Below, piece after piece: positions 58,738-64,000 of a stretch of 64,000 bases of DNA. Source of the DNA: Candidatus Levyibacteriota bacterium (GTDB lineage Bacteria; Patescibacteriota; Microgenomatia; Levybacterales; GWA1-39-11); assembly GCA_039738415.1 (NCBI GenBank), contig JBCLLY010000001.1, positions 53,621-117,620 of the forward strand, written 5' to 3'. The first letter of the stretch is position 1. Every line of letters starts with the position of its first letter. The notes beneath the pieces are model-generated. The model was not told the origin of the DNA. It saw nothing but the letters and a program-made list of their open reading frames with translations, and did no database searches. The translations under genes were made by a program, and so were the position numbers.

Positions 58738-59325
58738 TTAATTACTATTTGATTGTTGCATATTATCTGTTTTGTTTTCAAGTGGAGTCTGTGGTTGCGA
58801 TGCTATTGGATTATTATTTAATTCTGATAATGCTTTATTTATACTATCCATTTCTTCTTTCGGAAATTGTCCTGCTCCAGTATTTGACTGAGGGGAATTT
58901 GCTGAAGATATTACCTCTGGAGTAGCTACGGCTACATCTGAAAATGGATTTGCTCCCATAACAGCTGGCTCAGGATTTTGGGTTTTAACTTGTGGATCCT
59001 GAATAGAAGATGCTGAAACCGGAGGAAAAACAGAACCTGAAATAGCGCTTGTTTCTATTACTGCAATACCGGGATAAGTGGCAAGAATTGACTCCATGGT
59101 TTTTTTCACAATCAAGCCAGAGAGTTCTACAAATTCATTTATGAGAAGCTGTAATGTTCTTTGCGCGTCTCCCTGAATACTTATTACTTCACCCTGCTCG
59201 CTCATCTCAATTCCCTGCACATTTTTAACCTTCGCAAGAGTAATATCCGGACCAAGAACAATAATCTGCTTTTTTATAAGCTCGGTAAATATTTTTTTAT
59301 AGTCGGAATCGCTTTGCGGCTGCAT
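58738..59325 (-). CDS. hypothetical protein
   Basis: ordered-looking N-terminal domain (LIKKQIIVLGPDI) plus low-complexity tail. Confidence 0.75.
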   Translation of the reverse strand: MQPQSDSDYKKIFTELIKKQIIVLGPDITLAKVKNVQGIEMSEQGEVISIQGDAQRTLQLLINEFVELSGLIVKKTMESILATYPGIAVIETSAISGSVFPPVSASSIQDPQVKTQNPEPAVMGANPFSDVAVATPEVISSANSPQSNTGAGQFPKEEMDSINKALSELNNNPIASQPQTPLENKTDNMQQSNSN

Positions 59326-59434
59326 AATTTTTTAATTTTTAATTTACAATGAAATCTAAATTATTAAATATTTTATTTTTTAAACATTTTAAATTGATTA
59401 AAAATTTAAAATTTCGAATTTCAAATTTGGCTTC

Positions 59435-59806
59435 CTATTCTCCAATCATTTCTTTTACTTTAGTAACTAAATCTTCAGGTGAAACCTGATATTTGAGTAT
59501 GTATCCTATTGCACCCAAATTCAAAGCCTCTTTTACCATGTCGTCGTGTCCGAAATTTGTGAGCATGGATACTTTCATACTTGCAGTATTTGGATTTGCT
59601 TTAATATTTTTTAAAGTCTCGTTTCCGCTCATCTCAGGCATCATCTGATCAAGTAAAATTAGGTCAAATTGCTGAGTTTGGAGCAGGTCTAGAACTTCTT
59701 TTCCATTTGATGAAACTGCTACGTCAAATCCACCGCTTTTTAAGGCTGTTTGAAAGACGTTTCTCGTCTCCTCCTCATCATCAACTAAAAGAATTCTTTT
59801 TGCCAT
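59435..59806 (-). CDS. single-domain response regulator (CheY-like)
   Basis: ILLVDD, DLILLDQMMPEMSG, MLTN, GYILK. Confidence 0.95.
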   Translation of the reverse strand: MAKRILLVDDEEETRNVFQTALKSGGFDVAVSSNGKEVLDLLQTQQFDLILLDQMMPEMSGNETLKNIKANPNTASMKVSMLTNFGHDDMVKEALNLGAIGYILKYQVSPEDLVTKVKEMIGE

Positions 59807-60114
59807 AATGGTTAAGGTAATAGTTATTAAAAATTAGGTAATAGTTAAAACTTCAAACTTGTATCTATTTTCTATTACCTACTACCTATTGCCTCTCTTC
59901 TACCGTATCACCTATACAAATAAAAATCAAGCTGTCGCTTAATTAAAGTTAAATATCGGCTGTGTCAAGAAAATTATTTTGCAATTTTGATATAACAAGG
60001 TCTCGTTAGGGAAAGAGGTTAAGCTCCCCTTCAAAACTATTACACCACTTACTATCATCATGCCTTTTTAATTTTTATAAATTTTTAAACCTAAAGTTTT
60101 CCTCCATCTCCATG

Positions 60115-60140
60115 TGTATCATATATTAATATATGATACA
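60115..60140. promoter_or_regulatory. 24-bp palindrome copy 3 (perfect; extends to 26 bp)
   Basis: TGTATCATATATTAATATATGATACA. Confidence 0.8.
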
Positions 60141-60187
60141 GAATAACTAACAACTACTGCTTAGCCAATTTGTTATAATAAATTATT

Positions 60188-61471
60188 GTGAGCGAGCAAG
60201 GTGAAATAAGACCATTTGAGATTAATGAAACAATAGATGTCAAAAAGCCCCTTTTTGATGCTGGTGCATTTACTATAACCCACGCATCAACAAGCGGATT
60301 TGAGCTTAAAATAGACCATCCTCTACGAAGAAGAACACCTGACCAGCCCCTTCCTTTAAATACTACAGAAAAAGAACTACTAAGAGATAACTTAAAAGGA
60401 AATCCTGAAAAAGGAATTGGGAGTGAAATTGATTTTGTGAAAAATCAAGCCAAAAAAACGGCTGGAAAAGAAGACCGTGAACCATCCACGCAAGACTATA
60501 CAGATAAATTTGCTCCAAATGTGGGCATTAGAAATATTTACGAAGAAAAGGTCGCTGGAAGAGACGTCCTTCATGTTGACACAAAACCTGTTACATTCAA
60601 ATTATACAGTGAATTAATTACACGTGAGCAAGCCGGCAGAGAAGACTTGATGGGATTGGGCGAATCTACAGGTACAGCTGCCGCAATTTTTACAAAAGAC
60701 GGAAAGCTGATTCTGCAATATAGGGGGAAAGGAAATAGAGCCTATGGCAATATACCTGGAGCAAGCGCAGCTGGAATGCTTAAAGGAAAATTTAATAGAG
60801 AGCAAGAAACTGATGAAAACGGAAAAGTTCGTAATGTAAATAGAGGAATTTTAACTGATGTTAATCCTCTTGCAAATATAAATACAGAAATATCCGAAGA
60901 GCTTCAAGTTGACCCAAAAGATGCTGATATAATACTCGTTGGAATAGCTCATGACGAGATAAAACCCCACAGTGAATTTATGTATATAGCAACTCTTGAT
61001 AAAACCTCCGATGAGTTAGCTGAAAAAGGACTTATACCTGACGATATGGAAGGACATGACTTCAAGGAGAGATATTTTACAATTGATGGCACACCTGAAG
61101 CTATAAGAACTCTTTTAACCAAAGTTAAATGCCCTCTACCCTCAACTCATTCTGCTGCATTTTTTATGGCAGGATATATGAAGGTGGGTGAACAGGATGG
61201 AGATAAAGCAGCCGAAGAATGGGCAAGACAAGTTGCGCTTGAAATAAAGTCTAACGCTGAAGAAATCGACCGCTTTGTAATTGAAAACCACGATAATTTC
61301 CCTTCACAAGCTCCTGGTAAACCAGAAAGAAGCAAAATAGGATACGACCCACTCTATCTTCCGGAAGAACAAGGTCTTCCATCACTATTAGATGAGCTTG
61401 TCAGAACTCAACTCGTCTCTGAAGCTATGTATTGGAAGCTAAAAAGCAAATATGATCCTCAGAATGAATAA
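60188..61471 (+). CDS. hypothetical protein, possibly NUDIX-like fold
   Basis: GTAAAIFTKDGKLILQYR...SAAG...EISEEL. Confidence 0.65.
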   Translation: MSEQGEIRPFEINETIDVKKPLFDAGAFTITHASTSGFELKIDHPLRRRTPDQPLPLNTTEKELLRDNLKGNPEKGIGSEIDFVKNQAKKTAGKEDREPSTQDYTDKFAPNVGIRNIYEEKVAGRDVLHVDTKPVTFKLYSELITREQAGREDLMGLGESTGTAAAIFTKDGKLILQYRGKGNRAYGNIPGASAAGMLKGKFNREQETDENGKVRNVNRGILTDVNPLANINTEISEELQVDPKDADIILVGIAHDEIKPHSEFMYIATLDKTSDELAEKGLIPDDMEGHDFKERYFTIDGTPEAIRTLLTKVKCPLPSTHSAAFFMAGYMKVGEQDGDKAAEEWARQVALEIKSNAEEIDRFVIENHDNFPSQAPGKPERSKIGYDPLYLPEEQGLPSLLDELVRTQLVSEAMYWKLKSKYDPQNE

Positions 61472-62369
61472 CAAGACTGGCTTAAATCCTGAAATGAAAA
61501 ATCCAGTTCAAGCTGCTTTTATTTTTGATGTAGACGGGGTAATTACTAACCCGAGAGAAAAAAGGGTTACGAAAGTAGAACTGCTTGAAAGACTGGCAAC
61601 AGAGCTTGAATTAAATACTCCAGTAATACTTAACACCGGCCGTTCAAATGAATGGATGATTGAGCGCGTAATACTACCTCTAAAAGACAAGCTTAACGAT
61701 AAAACCGCCCTATCTAACTTTTTTGCAGTTGGGGAGAAAGGCTTAACGTGGGTATCATTCGATGAGGATGCAAATATCAAACAAGGAGTATTTAATAGAA
61801 ATGGAGCTCTGGTTGAGGGATTTGACCTGTCTGTGTTTTTGGATAATCAAACCGTTGAACATTTCCAAACGCTGGAACGTGAAACAAAACAACTAATTGA
61901 CTCCAAATATTCTCACTCTACTTTTTTTGACGCAACTAAAAAAGCTATGATTTCAACCGAAATGCACGACGGATATGACCAACCAAAATATGCACTTGAG
62001 CAAATCCAATTTACCGCTGACCTTCATGAACTCCTGAAACGAGAAGGTCTTGAGGGTAAATTTAAAGTCGACCCGACGACCATTGCAACAGATATTCAAA
62101 TTCCTGAAGCTGGAAAACATCTTGGCGCAAAACATATTCTTGACTGGCTTAAATCGGCAAATATTAATCCAAAGCATTTTATAACCTTTGGCGATAGTGC
62201 CTCAGACCTTGAGATGGCGGATTATCTGAATGAGCAAAACCTATCTGTTGATTTCATATTTGTGGGTGGAAAAGAAAATCTCAGCATTACTCGCCCCTAC
62301 CGTATTCATTACACAACCAAATCCTTTGATGAAGGGACACTGGAATATCTTTCTGGTCTTGCTTCTTAA
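61452..62369 (+). CDS. HAD-superfamily hydrolase
   Basis: FDVDGVIT, NTGR, GK, FGDSASD; true start may be 61464 or 61494. Confidence 0.85.
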   Translation: MILRMNNKTGLNPEMKNPVQAAFIFDVDGVITNPREKRVTKVELLERLATELELNTPVILNTGRSNEWMIERVILPLKDKLNDKTALSNFFAVGEKGLTWVSFDEDANIKQGVFNRNGALVEGFDLSVFLDNQTVEHFQTLERETKQLIDSKYSHSTFFDATKKAMISTEMHDGYDQPKYALEQIQFTADLHELLKREGLEGKFKVDPTTIATDIQIPEAGKHLGAKHILDWLKSANINPKHFITFGDSASDLEMADYLNEQNLSVDFIFVGGKENLSITRPYRIHYTTKSFDEGTLEYLSGLAS

Positions 62370-62455
62370 ACGTAATTTAGTCAGTACGTACTTATATAAG
62401 ATATAACGGAACCCCTTTTACTTTTACTACCTAAAGACTTAACAAATCTTACCCC

Positions 62456-62479
62456 GTATCATATATTAATATATGATAC
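62456..62479. promoter_or_regulatory. 24-bp palindrome copy 4 (perfect)
   Basis: GTATCATATATTAATATATGATAC. Confidence 0.8.
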
Positions 62480-62496
62480 ACGGTAATCCAAACGGA

Positions 62497-63333
62497 CTAT
62501 TGTGGTAATAATTTGAAGCCACTACCATCTGAGGTGATCACGATATCTCCATTAACCGTAGAAAGATATTTGAGTTTAAATTTATCTAATGCTGAAATTA
62601 CTTCTTTGTGCGGGTGACCGTAGCGGTTATTACGACCAGCAGAAATCATAGACAGTTCTGGTCGGAAGGAACTAAAAGTATCATCATTAGTTCCGGTATA
62701 AGACCCGTGATGCGCAAGCTTAAATATTTCAATTTGATTTAAATCATTTAATAATAAATTAAGATACTCTTTGTCCAAATCTCCGGTTAATATAGCCTCA
62801 AAATCCACATAATCTAGTAAAAATACCAAAGAGCTGTTATTTCTGTCTTCGTCAATGTCTGTAAATTCCTTAGGCGGCCACAAAACGTCAATTTTAAGTT
62901 CATCATTAATCTTTATACTCTCACCCTGCTCGAGGCGGCGAACCGATATGTTCATCTTCTCAAGCTTATTTAAAAGCGCCTGATAACCCAGAACATCACT
63001 ATCTCCATCACTTGTAGCAAAGTTACTAACCGAATAGCTATCCAGAACGTCTAAAAATCCTGCATAGTGGTCGGAATCTGCGTGAGTTACCACCATAAGC
63101 TCAATATTATGGTCATACATGGGCATAAAACGCCCTAAGCATTCCACGATTTTTGCGTCGGGACCTCCATCAATTACGATATCCTGTGAAAAGGCGCGGA
63201 TATAAATACCATCTCCCTGCCCTACATCACAAAACACCATTTTAAAGGAAATATTACTGGAAGCTCTAAATTGAGCTATCAAAACGATAATAATTATTAT
63301 AAATGAGCCTAATATGGGTAATATTAACTTCAT
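62497..63333 (-). CDS. ComEC-associated metallo-beta-lactamase-fold protein
   Basis: DVGQGD, IDGG, THADSDH, NNSS, TGD, HHGS, NRYGHP. Confidence 0.92.
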   Translation of the reverse strand: MKLILPILGSFIIIIIVLIAQFRASSNISFKMVFCDVGQGDGIYIRAFSQDIVIDGGPDAKIVECLGRFMPMYDHNIELMVVTHADSDHYAGFLDVLDSYSVSNFATSDGDSDVLGYQALLNKLEKMNISVRRLEQGESIKINDELKIDVLWPPKEFTDIDEDRNNSSLVFLLDYVDFEAILTGDLDKEYLNLLLNDLNQIEIFKLAHHGSYTGTNDDTFSSFRPELSMISAGRNNRYGHPHKEVISALDKFKLKYLSTVNGDIVITSDGSGFKLLPQ

Positions 63334-64000
63334 GTCTTGCTTCTCTTTCTAAGTAGAAAATAAACTATAACTAGATAATAAAGTATAACAATTGGCAAAG
63401 TAAAACTCGTAAGTGACAAAGGCACATAGAAAATTGAGGTTAACTCCACTACTTTTGAAAAGATTAATAAAAATGGATAGGCCAAAAGTAAAAGCGGCAG
63501 CGATAAAATAGGCGCAACCAAACTTAATACGCCGGAAATTAAACCCAAAATCATAATTATAGGCACGGTCCAAAGAAGCAGAACATTAATAAAAATTGAG
63601 AGCAAGTTTACCTGCCCAAAAGCTATCAGAAGAAACGGCAGTGCGCCAATTTGAGCTGAAAAAGTTGTCGCAAAGTCCTCTTTAACTAAATTTGGAATTA
63701 TTTTAAAAACAACACTTACCACTTTTTGAAATAAGATTATACCTAAAGTAGCAGAAAATGAGAGCTGAAATCCTATATCTGAAATTAGATTTGGAGCAAC
63801 CAAAAGCATTAGCCAGCCTGAAAAAAACAGCGACATCAATGCGGTCCTCTGTCTGCCAAATAACATGGCAACGAATGCAAATGTCGCCATAATACTCGCT
63901 CTGACTATCGGAGGGTCAAAACCGGTTAAAAGTGCGTAGAAAAAGATACCGATAACCGTGAAAATAATTGCGTACTTCTTTTTCACAACTCCATTTATGA
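63330..64000 (-). CDS. comEC: ComEC/Rec2 competence membrane protein (5'-partial)
   Basis: PPIVRASIM, DIGFQLSFSATLG; frame open to window edge. Confidence 0.9.
   Translation of the reverse strand, partial: INGVVKKKYAIIFTVIGIFFYALLTGFDPPIVRASIMATFAFVAMLFGRQRTALMSLFFSGWLMLLVAPNLISDIGFQLSFSATLGIILFQKVVSVVFKIIPNLVKEDFATTFSAQIGALPFLLIAFGQVNLLSIFINVLLLWTVPIIMILGLISGVLSLVAPILSLPLLLLAYPFLLIFSKVVELTSIFYVPLSLTSFTLPIVILYYLVIVYFLLRKRSKT

Overview
AT-rich bacterial chromosome segment (standard code; TGA is a stop). Gene content and many leaderless starts suggest Patescibacteria/CPR, probably Microgenomates (inference, no database search). Housekeeping genes: rplA, pgk-fbp-aldolase, era, uppS, rnhB, rpmG, uppP, mreB, comEC and five tRNAs (Trp, Tyr, Thr x3). 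These are interleaved with surface-protein loci: five WxL/pilin-like subunits with three DUF916-like partners, and a 1794-aa MerR-HTH/LVIVD fibre protein. The most unusual signals are in non-coding DNA. (1) Ghost tRNA copies have arms swapped for GC-rich hairpins, two intact tRNA-Thr genes sit inside the anticodon of a ghost copy, and a GIY-YIG nuclease gene lies in the tRNA-Tyr locus. (2) Four four-helix-bundle (Avd/IVS-like) genes are bracketed by inverted short-repeat arrays (clear for three, degenerate for one). (3) Nested REP-like palindromes occur between genes and in frame inside genes, with a RAYT-like HUH transposase nearby. (4) A 24-bp perfect palindrome is tied to a TrpR-like gene. 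(5) A poly-G promoter spacer lies on one of two duplicated pilin-like genes. (6) Several promoter-proximal structured leaders carry boxA-like motifs. No CRISPR array, reverse transcriptase, integrase or phage structural module was seen.
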